DNA from: Comamonadaceae bacterium
GTDB lineage: Bacteria; Pseudomonadota; Gammaproteobacteria; Burkholderiales; Burkholderiaceae_C
Assembly: GCA_947454955.1 (NCBI GenBank)
Contig: CANGLW010000007.1
Span: 28,915 to 92,914 of the forward strand
Length of the DNA stretch: 64,000 bases
Direction: 5' to 3'
Under the pieces are notes generated by a model that was not told where the DNA came from, did no database searches, and saw only the letters and a program-made list of their open reading frames with translations. Shown here piece by piece: positions 26,901-35,212 of this stretch; position 1 is the first letter of the stretch; each line of letters opens with the position of its first letter. A program made the position numbers and the translations under genes.

Positions 26901-27929
26901 GCTCAGCTTAAAAATCAATTGGGGTCTGACCCCAATTCTTCTGCTTCTGCTCCTTTGGTTGGCGAGGCACAGGACACACGCCGGGCTCCTCATGGCTCTC
27001 ACAAATCGTCACCCGGTGTGCATCCTGCGCCTACGGCGGACGGTTTAAAGACAAGCAAAAACACAACTTCTTCTGACGCCCGCTACACCACCTGGACCTT
27101 CGGCGAATTGCCAGAGCTGATGGAAATCCGCAAGGGTGGGCAGACGCTGATTGGCTTTCCAGCCCTTATCGACCAAGGTGATGCGGTGACCATCGAGGTG
27201 TTTGATGAGCCTGAGGTGGCTGCTAACAAGCACCGCGCGGGCTTGAAGCGTTTGTTTGCTTTGCAGATCAAGGACGCGCTCAAGTACCTCGAGAAGAACC
27301 TTCCCGAGCTGCAAAAAATGGCGGTGGCTTTTATGGCGCTGGGAACGCAAGATGAGCTCAAAGCGCAGATCATCGATGTGGCTTTGGACCGTGCGTTTTT
27401 ACCGCCAGGTGAGGCCATGCCTGCCAACGCACAAGAATTTCAAGCGCGATTGGATGGCGGGCGAGGGCGCTTGACCTTGATTGCCAATGAAGTGGCGCGT
27501 CTGTGCGCTGTCATCTTGACGGAATACGCGGTCGCGCTTCGCAAAATCAAAGACAGCCGGCATGCGCCTGAGGCGTGTGCAGACTGCACGCAGCAGTTGC
27601 AACGCCTCATGCCCAAGCGATTTGTGGCGCAAACGCCGTGGACGCAGTTGCAGCATTTTGCGCGCTACCTCAAGGCCATCACCTTGCGCTTGGACAAGTA
27701 CCGTGCCGACCCCGCGCGCGATACCACCCGCATGAAAGAACTGCTGCCGCAAGAGCAGCGTTACTGGCGCCTGGTGGCTGAACGCAAGGGCGTGATGGAC
27801 GACCGGCTGCAAGAGTTCCGGTGGTTGCTTGAAGAACTGCGGGTGAGCTTTTTTGCCCAAGAGTTACGCACGCCCCAACCGGTGAGCCTCAAACGCCTGG
27901 ACAAAGCGTGGGCGCAGATCAACACGTGA
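23967..27929 (+). CDS. hrpA: ATP-dependent RNA helicase HrpA (DEAH box)
   Basis: GETGSGKTTQLP, DEAHERS, SATID and QRAGRCGR motifs, plus a long C-terminal HrpA-specific region. 1320 aa. Confidence 0.95.
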   Translation: MITPAQPLLIEFPESLPVSGKRDEIMAAIAQHQVVIVCGETGSGKTTQLPKIALAMGRGRINAAPGQRGQLIGHTQPRRIAASSVAKRIAEELNTPLGEVVGYKVRFADRLSKDASVKLMTDGILLAETQTDPLLKAYDTIIIDEAHERSLNIDFLLGYLRQILPRRPDLKIIVTSATIDADRFAKHFASTKGPAPIILVSGRTFPVEQRYKPFEESRDFDLNDAIADAVDELWSAPQNMGDILVFLPGEREIREAADHLRAHLSHKALTRHAEVLPLFARLSQAEQDRIFDSHTGRRIVLATNVAETSLTVPGIRYVIDSGTARVKRYSFRSKVEQLLVEPVSQAAANQRAGRCGRVANGICIRLYDEKDFASRPRFTDPEILRSSLAGVILRMKALHLGVVEDFPFLEAPSGRAIADGYQLLAELGAVDEANELTPIGRELSRVPLDPRVGRMILEARSRQALSEVLVIASALSVQDVRDRPMDAQTQADQAHAKFDDEKSEFSGYLRLWQWLEDSRGGKNNGGQTPINSPINSTHKLSNRQYEQLLRQNFISMRRVREWRDIYTQLLTVVAEHKWPINTAPASYEQIHQTMLAGLLGNIGCKVEDESTEYLGARGIKFHRHPGAHLRKKPGRWIVCAELVETTRLFGRGIANIEPQWVESLAGHLLKKQLLDPHWEKKAAEVVAFERATLYGLVIYSGRRTSFGRVDPVGAREIFIREALVAGDWDTKLPFLAANQKLIRQVQDLEHKSRRQDVLVDDELIYAFYDQQIPQDVVSGAGLERWYKLKNQPDLLMLTREELMRHEAAGITTQSFPKTLRLGGVDCAATYLHEPGDPKDGLTVTVPLFVLNQVSEERCEWLVPGMLKDKIQALLKSLPQRPRSRFVPLPESAARLAEVLGVPEKFGAGGLTDALLKQVRDITSLDVKRADFKLDMLSPHFFMNFRVVDEHGRQLGHGRNLGALKAELGAKARGAFQALAQLKNQLGSDPNSSASAPLVGEAQDTRRAPHGSHKSSPGVHPAPTADGLKTSKNTTSSDARYTTWTFGELPELMEIRKGGQTLIGFPALIDQGDAVTIEVFDEPEVAANKHRAGLKRLFALQIKDALKYLEKNLPELQKMAVAFMALGTQDELKAQIIDVALDRAFLPPGEAMPANAQEFQARLDGGRGRLTLIANEVARLCAVILTEYAVALRKIKDSRHAPEACADCTQQLQRLMPKRFVAQTPWTQLQHFARYLKAITLRLDKYRADPARDTTRMKELLPQEQRYWRLVAERKGVMDDRLQEFRWLLEELRVSFFAQELRTPQPVSLKRLDKAWAQINT
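25533..25572. repeat. palindromic REP-like element copy (degenerate) plus 12-bp tandem duplication, in frame in hrpA
   Basis: GGGGTCAGACCCC core at 25540-25552 with partly complementary AT-rich flanks. CCCCAATTAATT is duplicated (25549-25560 and 25561-25572), giving PINSPINS. Confidence 0.8.
26917..26937. repeat. perfect 21-nt palindromic REP-like element, in frame in hrpA
   Basis: AATTGGGGTCTGACCCCAATT has 10-nt arms and a 1-nt centre. It is translated as NQLGSDPN. Confidence 0.9.
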
Positions 27930-28002
27930 ACACGGTCACTGACCTGATGGGGACAGGCTGCAACGCCAGCTGACTTTAAGATCAAGACCCAAGCCAGACC
28001 CC

Positions 28003-28962
28003 ATGAACCGACGTCGCTCACACCGCCACCGCATCACGCCACATTTGGCGCGTGCGCCTTGGCAGCGGCGCTTTGACTTGACGCGCCATCGCACCACCCG
28101 CCTGCACCCCACGGTACGCGGCTTGCTGTGGACGCTGGTGGCCAGTGTGTTGTTTGTGTTGCTCAACACCACCGCGCGTTACCTCACCCAGCAGTTCGAC
28201 CCCTTTCAGTCTCAGTTTTTGCGTTACTTCTGCGGCCTCCTGGTCATCTTGCCGTTTGTGTTTCGCAGTGGCGTCGCCAACTTCATGCCGCAAAGCATCA
28301 AGGGCCAGTTTGTGCGCGGCATTGTTCACACCATCGGCCTGGCGATGTGGTTCACCGCGCTGCCCAACATCCCCTTGGCTGACATGACGGCCTTGGGTTT
28401 CACCACGCCCATCTTCATCATGCTGGGTGCCGCTTTGTTTTTGCGCGAGTCCATGCACTGGGAACGCTGGGTGGCCGCAGCCGTTGGGTTTGCGGGGGTG
28501 CTGCTGGTGCTGGGCCCCAAGCTCTCAGGCAATGGGGGATGGTTTCACCTGGTCATGCTGGCTTCGTCGCCTGCGTTTGCGGCCTCGTTTTTGATTTCCA
28601 AAGCGCAAACCCGATATGAGTCAGCCGGTGTGATTTTGCTTTGGCAAGCCATCACCGTGGCACTGTTCAGCTTGCCCATGGCTTTGCCCAATTGGCGCAC
28701 GCCGGGCCTGTGGGAATGGGGTGGCTATGTGTTGGCCGGTGCACTGGGCGGCCTGGCGCATTACTGCTTGCTGCGCTCGTACCGATTGGCCGACATATCC
28801 GCTACCCAGTCCTTCAAGTTTTTGGACCTGGTGTGGGCATCTTTCATGGGCTGGCTGGTGTTTGGCGACCACCCCAGTTCGTCCACTTTGGCCGGCGGCG
28901 TGGTGATTGCCGCCTCGACCTTGTGGATCGCGCAGCGCGAGTCCAAACGCCGTTCTGCTTAA
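28003..28962 (+). CDS. DMT-superfamily (EamA-like) transporter
   Basis: About 10 hydrophobic segments in two EamA-like halves. The first ~40 aa are very basic and non-membrane, so the true start may be an internal non-ATG codon. Confidence 0.75.
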   Translation: MNRRRSHRHRITPHLARAPWQRRFDLTRHRTTRLHPTVRGLLWTLVASVLFVLLNTTARYLTQQFDPFQSQFLRYFCGLLVILPFVFRSGVANFMPQSIKGQFVRGIVHTIGLAMWFTALPNIPLADMTALGFTTPIFIMLGAALFLRESMHWERWVAAAVGFAGVLLVLGPKLSGNGGWFHLVMLASSPAFAASFLISKAQTRYESAGVILLWQAITVALFSLPMALPNWRTPGLWEWGGYVLAGALGGLAHYCLLRSYRLADISATQSFKFLDLVWASFMGWLVFGDHPSSSTLAGGVVIAASTLWIAQRESKRRSA

Positions 28963-29019
28963 ACCTGGATAGCGGCCCAATTTCGGGCAGGTCACCCCGA
29001 TCAAGTCATGGTTTCCCGC

Positions 29020-29047
29020 TTGACAGCGGTGTGTCACTTTGCAAAAT
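29020..29047 (+). promoter_or_regulatory. possible sigma70 promoter for the Rieske-like gene
   Basis: TTGACA (29020-29025), a 16-nt spacer, then CAAAAT (29042-29047). The AGAGGTGA RBS precedes the ATG at 29066. Confidence 0.3.
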
Positions 29048-29065
29048 AAACGGCAGAGGTGACCC

Positions 29066-29764
29066 ATGGACCGACGCGCTTTTTGCTCTTCTGCCACCAC
29101 TTGCATGACCTTGACCAGCTTGCCCTTGGCGGCATGGTCGGCCAACGCCAAACCCCAGGCCTACCAGCGCGTGTTGCTGACCGACGACCTGGGTAAACCC
29201 GTCAAAGCCTCAGAGCTGCAGACCCACACCAACTATGTCTTCCATTACCCCTTTGAAGGCACACCGGTGTTCTTGCTCAAGCTCGACAAGCCTGCTGCGC
29301 CACAGCAACTCAGCACCCGCTACAAAACCGCGTATGACTGGCCGGGTGGGGTGGGACCGCAGCGCAACATTGTGGCGTTTTCAGCCATTTGCGCGCATCA
29401 GTTGGTCTACCCCACGCCGCAGCTGAGCTTCATCAGCTTTCGCAAAACCAAGTCGGCCAAAGGGGTGCAAGACAATTTGATTCACTGCTGCGCTGAACAC
29501 AGCCAGTACGACCCGGCGCGCGGTGCCCGGGTGATGAACGGGCCAGCTGAACAACCGCTGTGCGCCATCTTGCTGGAACACGACCCCAAGGCTGACACCT
29601 TGACGGCTTACGCCACCTTGGGCGGTGAATTGTTCGATGAATTTTTCAAGAAATACGAGTTCAAGCTCAGCATGGACGTGGGGCCCAAAGCCCGTCAGCA
29701 AGTGGCCGTGCAATCGGTGGTCAAAGGCTTAGACAAGTTTTGTAAAAACCCGGTTCAGTGTTGA
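29066..29764 (+). CDS. Tat-signal Rieske-like [2Fe-2S] domain protein, no partner subunit nearby
   Basis: MDRRAFCSSA...AWSANA looks like a twin-arginine signal. CAH (CxH) and CAEH (CxxH), about 40 aa apart, resemble Rieske ligands, as in AioB-type small subunits. Confidence 0.55.
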   Translation: MDRRAFCSSATTCMTLTSLPLAAWSANAKPQAYQRVLLTDDLGKPVKASELQTHTNYVFHYPFEGTPVFLLKLDKPAAPQQLSTRYKTAYDWPGGVGPQRNIVAFSAICAHQLVYPTPQLSFISFRKTKSAKGVQDNLIHCCAEHSQYDPARGARVMNGPAEQPLCAILLEHDPKADTLTAYATLGGELFDEFFKKYEFKLSMDVGPKARQQVAVQSVVKGLDKFCKNPVQC

Positions 29765-29818
29765 AACCTCGGTGTAGACCTCTTCAAGCCTTGCGTTTTT
29801 GCTCTCAAAAACAGAGCG

Positions 29819-30994
29819 TCAAAGTTTGGCCAAACGCTCCAAGGCAGTGTTGAGTGTGGCGTCTTGCTTGGCAAAGCAAAAACGCACCACGCGTTGGTCG
29901 AACCCGTTGCCGTAAAACGCGGAGAGCGGAATGGCGGCCACGCCGATCTCGGTGGTGAGCCACATGCAGAAGTCCGCCTCGTTCAAGTCGCTCACCTCAG
30001 AAATGTCCACGCACTGAAAGTAGGTGCCTTGGCCAGGTAACAACTTGAAGCGTGTGTTGGCCAAGCCGGCACGGAACAGGTCGCGCTTGCGGGCGTAAAA
30101 CGCGGGCAGCTCTTTATAAGGTGCGGGGTCGGCCATGTACTTGGCCAGGCCGTGTTGCACCGGGGTGTTGACGGTGAACACATTGAACTGGTGCACCTTG
30201 CGGAACTCTGCACTCAGGCTCGCTGGCGCGGCGACCATGCCCACTTTCCAGCCGGTCACATGGTAGGTTTTGCCAAAGCTCGACACAATGAACGCGCGGG
30301 CAGCCAAGCCCTCAAAACACGCGGCACTCCAATGCGGCTGGCCGTCAAACACCATGTGTTCATAGACCTCGTCGCTGATCAGCAGCACGTTGGTGGGCGC
30401 CAGCATCTCTTGCAACTGCAGCATCTCTTCGCGGCTCCACACCATGCCGCTGGGGTTGTGCGGTGAATTGATGATGATGGCGCGCGTCTTGGGCGTGAGG
30501 GCCGCGGTAATTTTGTCGAAGTCGGGTCGGAAAGTGCCTGGGGTGAGCGGCACACGCACCACGGTGCCACCGGCCAGCTCAATGTTGGGCACATAACTGT
30601 CGTAACAAGGCTCGAGCACGATGACCTCATCACCCGGGTGCACGATGGCCAGGATGATGGTCAGGATGGCCTGCGTGGCCCCCGCGGTGATGGTGATTTC
30701 GCTCACCGGGTCATACCGACGACCATAGAGTGCTTCAATTTTTGTAGCAAGCGCTTCACGTATCGGCGCAATGCCGGTCATGGGCGGGTATTGGTTCAAG
30801 CCACTGCGCATGGCGTCGTTGACTGCATCCAGGAGCTTGGGGTCGCAACCAAAATCAGGAAAGCCTTGACCAAGATTCACCGCACCTTTTTCAGTGGCCA
30901 GGGCCGACATGACGGTGAAGATGGTGGTGCCCACGTTGGGCAAGCGGCTTTGCAGGGCAGGGGTCACAGGGGTGGAGTTCAGAACAGCTGACAT
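29819..30994 (-). CDS. class I/II PLP-dependent aminotransferase (YbdL/methionine aminotransferase-like)
   Basis: NLGQGFPDF, NSPHNPSG and SFGKTYHVTGWKVG (PLP lysine) motifs. 391 aa. Confidence 0.85.
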   Translation of the reverse strand: MSAVLNSTPVTPALQSRLPNVGTTIFTVMSALATEKGAVNLGQGFPDFGCDPKLLDAVNDAMRSGLNQYPPMTGIAPIREALATKIEALYGRRYDPVSEITITAGATQAILTIILAIVHPGDEVIVLEPCYDSYVPNIELAGGTVVRVPLTPGTFRPDFDKITAALTPKTRAIIINSPHNPSGMVWSREEMLQLQEMLAPTNVLLISDEVYEHMVFDGQPHWSAACFEGLAARAFIVSSFGKTYHVTGWKVGMVAAPASLSAEFRKVHQFNVFTVNTPVQHGLAKYMADPAPYKELPAFYARKRDLFRAGLANTRFKLLPGQGTYFQCVDISEVSDLNEADFCMWLTTEIGVAAIPLSAFYGNGFDQRVVRFCFAKQDATLNTALERLAKL

Positions 30995-30996
30995 GG

Positions 30997-31953
30997 TTAA
31001 TTTTTGCCGTGAGCAGACAGCGCGCGGTTGATGGCCGCACGGTCGAGTTGAGGGTTGAGGAGTTCTGCGAACTCATACACAAAATTGCGCAGGTAAACGC
31101 CGCGTTTGAAGGCCACACGCGAGACGTTCACGCCAAACAGATGGCCCAAGGGACGCACCACCAGCTCGCCTGGCGGTGAGCCTGCTGGGGCTTCATGCGA
31201 GAGGTCACGGACCGACATCTCGGCCGCAATGCCCAAGCCCATACCCAAACGCACATAGGTTTTGATCACATCTGAATCGATGGCTTCTAGCGCAATGCGC
31301 GGGGTAAGTTTGCGTTTGTCAAAGGCTTGGTCGATGCGGGTACGGCCGGTGAAGGTGGGGTGGTAAGTGATGAGCGGCTCTGACGCGATGTCTTCCAGCG
31401 TGAGCTTGGCGCGCTTGGCCAGCGGGTGCTCCGCAGGCAGCACCAGCATGTGTTGCCATTCGTAGCAGGGCAGGGTCACGAGCTCGTCGTAGTTCGACAA
31501 ACTCTCGGTGGCCATGCCGATCTCGGCCACCTCTTCAATCAGCATGCGCGCGACTTGGTCGGGCGTGCCCTGGTGCATGCTCAGGTTCACCTTGGGGTAG
31601 GTGTGGCGCAGCTTGGCCACCGGCTCGGGCAACACATAACGCGCCTGGGTGTGGGTGGTGGCAATCGACAACGTGCCGCTGTCTTGCGCGCTGAATTGCT
31701 CGCCAATGCGCTTGAGGTTGCTGATCTCGCGCATGATGATGTCGATGCTTTTGAGCACGTGCTGACCAGGCTCGGTCACGCGTTTGAGGCGCTTGCCATG
31801 GCGGGCAAAAATGTCGATGCCCAGCTCTTCTTCCAGCTCAATGATGGCCTTGGACACCCCCGGCTGCGAGGTGTGCAAGGCCTTGGCCGCCTCGGTCAGG
31901 TTGAGGTTGTGCCGCGCAGCTTCTTGGGCGTAACGGAATTGGTGCAGGTTCAT
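30997..31953 (-). CDS. cysB: LysR-family regulator, CysB/Cbl type
   Basis: The N-terminal HTH (LNLTEAAKALHTSQPGVSKAI.ELE.ELG) and the ATTHTQARY.LP segment closely parallel E. coli CysB as I remember it. Confidence 0.8.
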   Translation of the reverse strand: MNLHQFRYAQEAARHNLNLTEAAKALHTSQPGVSKAIIELEEELGIDIFARHGKRLKRVTEPGQHVLKSIDIIMREISNLKRIGEQFSAQDSGTLSIATTHTQARYVLPEPVAKLRHTYPKVNLSMHQGTPDQVARMLIEEVAEIGMATESLSNYDELVTLPCYEWQHMLVLPAEHPLAKRAKLTLEDIASEPLITYHPTFTGRTRIDQAFDKRKLTPRIALEAIDSDVIKTYVRLGMGLGIAAEMSVRDLSHEAPAGSPPGELVVRPLGHLFGVNVSRVAFKRGVYLRNFVYEFAELLNPQLDRAAINRALSAHGKN

Positions 31954-32014
31954 ATCAAATTACCGCTAAAGAACCAGTTCATTATGCCTGATGACCAGTC
32001 TTTACAAGGTGGCT

Positions 32015-32626
32015 TCAAACTGGATGCCAGGGCTGTTCGCGGTAAAAGGCCTCCTGGGCCATGCGCAGCATGGGCAAGTCGCCCCGGGTGTCGCCGTAAG
32101 CCGTCAGGTGGGCGTTGCTCAAACCTTGGTCTTGCCGCCAAGCTTGTAAGCGCCGCACTTTCTCTGGTCCGTGGCAGTTGGCGCTGGCCATCTGACCGGT
32201 GTAGAGGTCACCACGACGTTCAAGCTCGGTGCACAACAAATGAACGCCCAGGTGTTGCGCCACGGCTTGTAAATAAATGTCGGGCGAGGCACTGACCATC
32301 ACACACACATCGCCTTGTGCTTGGTGTTCGCGCAGTCGGGCCATGCCCCAAGGTGCGAGTAGCTTAGGCAAGCTGGTGGCTACAAAATCATTCGACCACG
32401 TGTGCGCTGTGGTGACTGGCAACCCAGCAAAACTCAAACGCAGCAAACGTGCTTTGGCCACGTGGTTGGGCATTAGACGCAGCACATACAAGGCAAGCCA
32501 CGGTGAGCACATGAAGATCACCCACATGAGCTTGACCGCGCCCAGGTAGTGCCACAAAAACGGCAGCAAGGTGTCGCCGCGGGTCAGGGTGCCGTCAAAG
32601 TCAAACGCGGCCACACGCTGAATCAT
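32015..32626 (-). CDS. HAD-IB family hydrolase/phosphatase
   Basis: AAFDFDGTLT (DxDGT) motif, and YGDTRGDLPML near the C-terminus. The start ATG at 32624-32626 overlaps the GT-C stop (ATGA). Confidence 0.7.
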   Translation of the reverse strand: MIQRVAAFDFDGTLTRGDTLLPFLWHYLGAVKLMWVIFMCSPWLALYVLRLMPNHVAKARLLRLSFAGLPVTTAHTWSNDFVATSLPKLLAPWGMARLREHQAQGDVCVMVSASPDIYLQAVAQHLGVHLLCTELERRGDLYTGQMASANCHGPEKVRRLQAWRQDQGLSNAHLTAYGDTRGDLPMLRMAQEAFYREQPWHPV

Positions 32627-34152
32627 GGGCAACGCACCTGGCCGCAGTAGCGCACGCAAAACGGGCAACCGGTCATGGGCAGCCAGTTGGGTATTTTGTA
32701 ATAGCGCTTGAAAATCTCGCCCAGCACGCCGCTGCGGTAAGCCTCAAAGTTGAAGCCTTCGCCTTCAACCACATGGAAGACCACGCCGCTTTGCTCAATG
32801 GGCAAGGCACGCACGCGTTCGAAGTAGGGCGCAAAGTCCGCCATGTTGGGCGTGTCCGACAAAATCACCCGCACGGTTTTGCCCTGGTAGATGCTGAAGT
32901 CCACCAGCATGTCGTCCTGGCGCGCATGGAACTTACCCGGGCCAAACACCGGCATGTACGCGTGCCTTGAATAGCCGTAAATGGAAGCTGGGGTGTAAGC
33001 ATCGGACATCAACACCACGTCTTGCAGCGCTGTGCCGTTGAGCGTGGGCAATTTCTGGACCTTGTCCAACAGCTCGGTGGTTTTGTAACTGCGAATGATG
33101 TTGGTGTGCAGTTTGGTGCCAGCCCATTGGTCGGGCGTGGTGAACGACACCCCCACCACCGCCAAGGCGTGCAGTGCGGCGAACAGCCCCAAACCAACGG
33201 CGGCTGTTTTCAAACGCTGTGGCGGCAAGCCCCAGGCCAGCAAGGCAAAACCGAAGGGGTAAAACGACAGCACCCAATGCAGGCCCACCACTTTTTTGAG
33301 CGAGAGCAACGCAAAAAACGCCAGCGGCACCAGCACCAAACACGCCAAGATTCGCTGTTGACGTGCCGCGTCTTTCAGGGCTGCGCGCTCTTTGAACCAC
33401 AACCACAAGACCACCGGCGACATGAGGTAGGCCATCATGCCCAGGTACAAGAACGGTTTGTTCCATGCAAAGCCGGCATCGGCGTTGCGGTTGTACACAT
33501 TGAACATGATGTTGGGCCAGCCGTGCGACATGTTCCAGCCAAAATTGATCAGCGGCCCGGGCAGCGCGCACAGCACCATGAAAGCCAAAGCGGTCCAGCG
33601 TTCGCGCCGGTACAGGCAGAAGTAAACCAGGTAACACAGGCCCAGCACCACGCTGAAGTACTTGCTTAAAAACGCGCAACCCAAGGCCAAGCCACTGATG
33701 GCGTAAAGGCCCCAGGCACTTGGCTTTTGCTCGGCGCGCACCAAACAAGCTACCGAGACCATGCTCCAGAAAATCAGCGGCGTGTCGGTGGTGATCAGCG
33801 CGTTGAGCCAGTTGATGGGCGCAAGCCAAAACAACAAGACCGCCCAAGCGGCGCGCTCTTTGTTCAGGGGCGACCAGGCCCAGTACATCAAGCCGCCCAA
33901 AAGCAGGGGCAGGGCGATGATGGGCAAGCGAATACTCAGGGTGGTGTCAGACATCGCGCGCATGAGCGCGATGACCCAGCCCACCATGGGCGGGTGGTCG
34001 TAATAGCCCCAGTCAGGGACAACGCCCCACCAATAAAAAAACGCTTCGTCCCCGGTGATGGGAAACGCCCAGCCGATCCACAAGCGCAGCGCCAGGCTCA
34101 AGAGCGCGGTGAGCCACAAGGCGCGTTGCAGATAAGTGGGTAAAGCGGGCAT
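32623..34152 (-). CDS. GT-C fold glycosyltransferase (ArnT / PMT family 39-like)
   Basis: FPITGDEAFFYWWG...YYDHPPMVGW is the DE/periplasmic-loop signature of ArnT/PMT_2 enzymes. It has 10 or more TM segments, a ~130-aa soluble C-terminal domain and a Cys-rich tail (CPFCVRYCGQVRC). Confidence 0.8.
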   Translation of the reverse strand: MPALPTYLQRALWLTALLSLALRLWIGWAFPITGDEAFFYWWGVVPDWGYYDHPPMVGWVIALMRAMSDTTLSIRLPIIALPLLLGGLMYWAWSPLNKERAAWAVLLFWLAPINWLNALITTDTPLIFWSMVSVACLVRAEQKPSAWGLYAISGLALGCAFLSKYFSVVLGLCYLVYFCLYRRERWTALAFMVLCALPGPLINFGWNMSHGWPNIMFNVYNRNADAGFAWNKPFLYLGMMAYLMSPVVLWLWFKERAALKDAARQQRILACLVLVPLAFFALLSLKKVVGLHWVLSFYPFGFALLAWGLPPQRLKTAAVGLGLFAALHALAVVGVSFTTPDQWAGTKLHTNIIRSYKTTELLDKVQKLPTLNGTALQDVVLMSDAYTPASIYGYSRHAYMPVFGPGKFHARQDDMLVDFSIYQGKTVRVILSDTPNMADFAPYFERVRALPIEQSGVVFHVVEGEGFNFEAYRSGVLGEIFKRYYKIPNWLPMTGCPFCVRYCGQVRCP

Positions 34153-34176
34153 GGATGACGTGAAAGGGCGACAGGC

Positions 34177-35211
34177 CTACCAAGGCCGGCGCCACGCACT
34201 ATAAAGCAAGGTCAAGAGCCCCAAGGCCACGGCCAGCCACAAGGTGAGCAAGCGCACCACCAGGGTGATGACCACCGCTTGGGCCAAGCTCAATGTTTGC
34301 GCGCTGATCTGCGCCACCCACATCAGCAAACCCGTCATGATGGCCTCGGTGCCACCCAAACCCGCGGGCAACATGGACAGCGCACCACCCACCATGCTCA
34401 GCGCATACACACCGCTGGCCAAAAGCCAATGCAGCTCCAAGCCTTGTCGGGTGCAGATGAGCCAGACTGCCACGCCTTGAGCTAACCAGGCCAGCACCGT
34501 CAAGGCCAACCATTGCAGCGGCTGATGGCACAGGCAGCCCCAGGCTTGCAGCAAGGCTTGCTGCGCTTTTTGTAGCAAGGTGGGTTTGAGGGTGGGCTCT
34601 TCCAAGGCCCGGGGCGCCAGCACCACAGGCGGTTGAGTGTCTGTCGAATGGCGAGACTTCGAGTCACGGTCGGCCTCAGACGCTGATGAGCCGGGCAATG
34701 AGCGCCACGACTGGCTCACGCGCCAAGCCAAGACCGCGAGCATGCCCAAGCCCATCACCGACACCCACCAGTCATAACCCAGCGTGCCCAGCATCCACAG
34801 CACCGCAGGCACGCACAGCAGCAACAAGCCCAGCAAATCAGCCACGCGTTCAGCCCCAAAAATAGACACGCTGTGCGCCGCGCTTAAACGCGGTTTGAGC
34901 AACATGCCGCGCGCTGCCTCGCCCACATTGCCCGGGGTGGCGGTGAAGGCGTAGCCGCACAGGTAAATGCGCAGCGCAGTCAAGGCGGGCAGGGGGTGCC
35001 CCAGGTGCTGCATCCAACTGCGCCAACGCCAGCCGCGCAGGGCGTAGTTGCTCAGGCAGAGCAGTAAGACCACCGCACCGGTGTGGGAGGCCAGGGCGTT
35101 GGACAACTCGGCCAGCGGCACATCGCCACTGAGGGTGAGCGCCAGGGCATACAGGCTCAAGGCCACGCCCAGCACCAGCAAGAGGGTGATCACTGGGGGC
35201 TTGGTTTTCAC
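34177..35211 (-). CDS. flippase-like / lysyl-PG-synthase-TM (UPF0104) family membrane protein
   Basis: About 8 TM segments interrupted by a ~45-aa hydrophilic loop. Its general look matches the UPF0104 family that accompanies GT-C/GT2 lipid-sugar systems. This call is weaker than the neighbouring ones. Confidence 0.6.
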   Translation of the reverse strand: MKTKPPVITLLLVLGVALSLYALALTLSGDVPLAELSNALASHTGAVVLLLCLSNYALRGWRWRSWMQHLGHPLPALTALRIYLCGYAFTATPGNVGEAARGMLLKPRLSAAHSVSIFGAERVADLLGLLLLCVPAVLWMLGTLGYDWWVSVMGLGMLAVLAWRVSQSWRSLPGSSASEADRDSKSRHSTDTQPPVVLAPRALEEPTLKPTLLQKAQQALLQAWGCLCHQPLQWLALTVLAWLAQGVAVWLICTRQGLELHWLLASGVYALSMVGGALSMLPAGLGGTEAIMTGLLMWVAQISAQTLSLAQAVVITLVVRLLTLWLAVALGLLTLLYSAWRRPW

Positions 35212-35212
35212 G

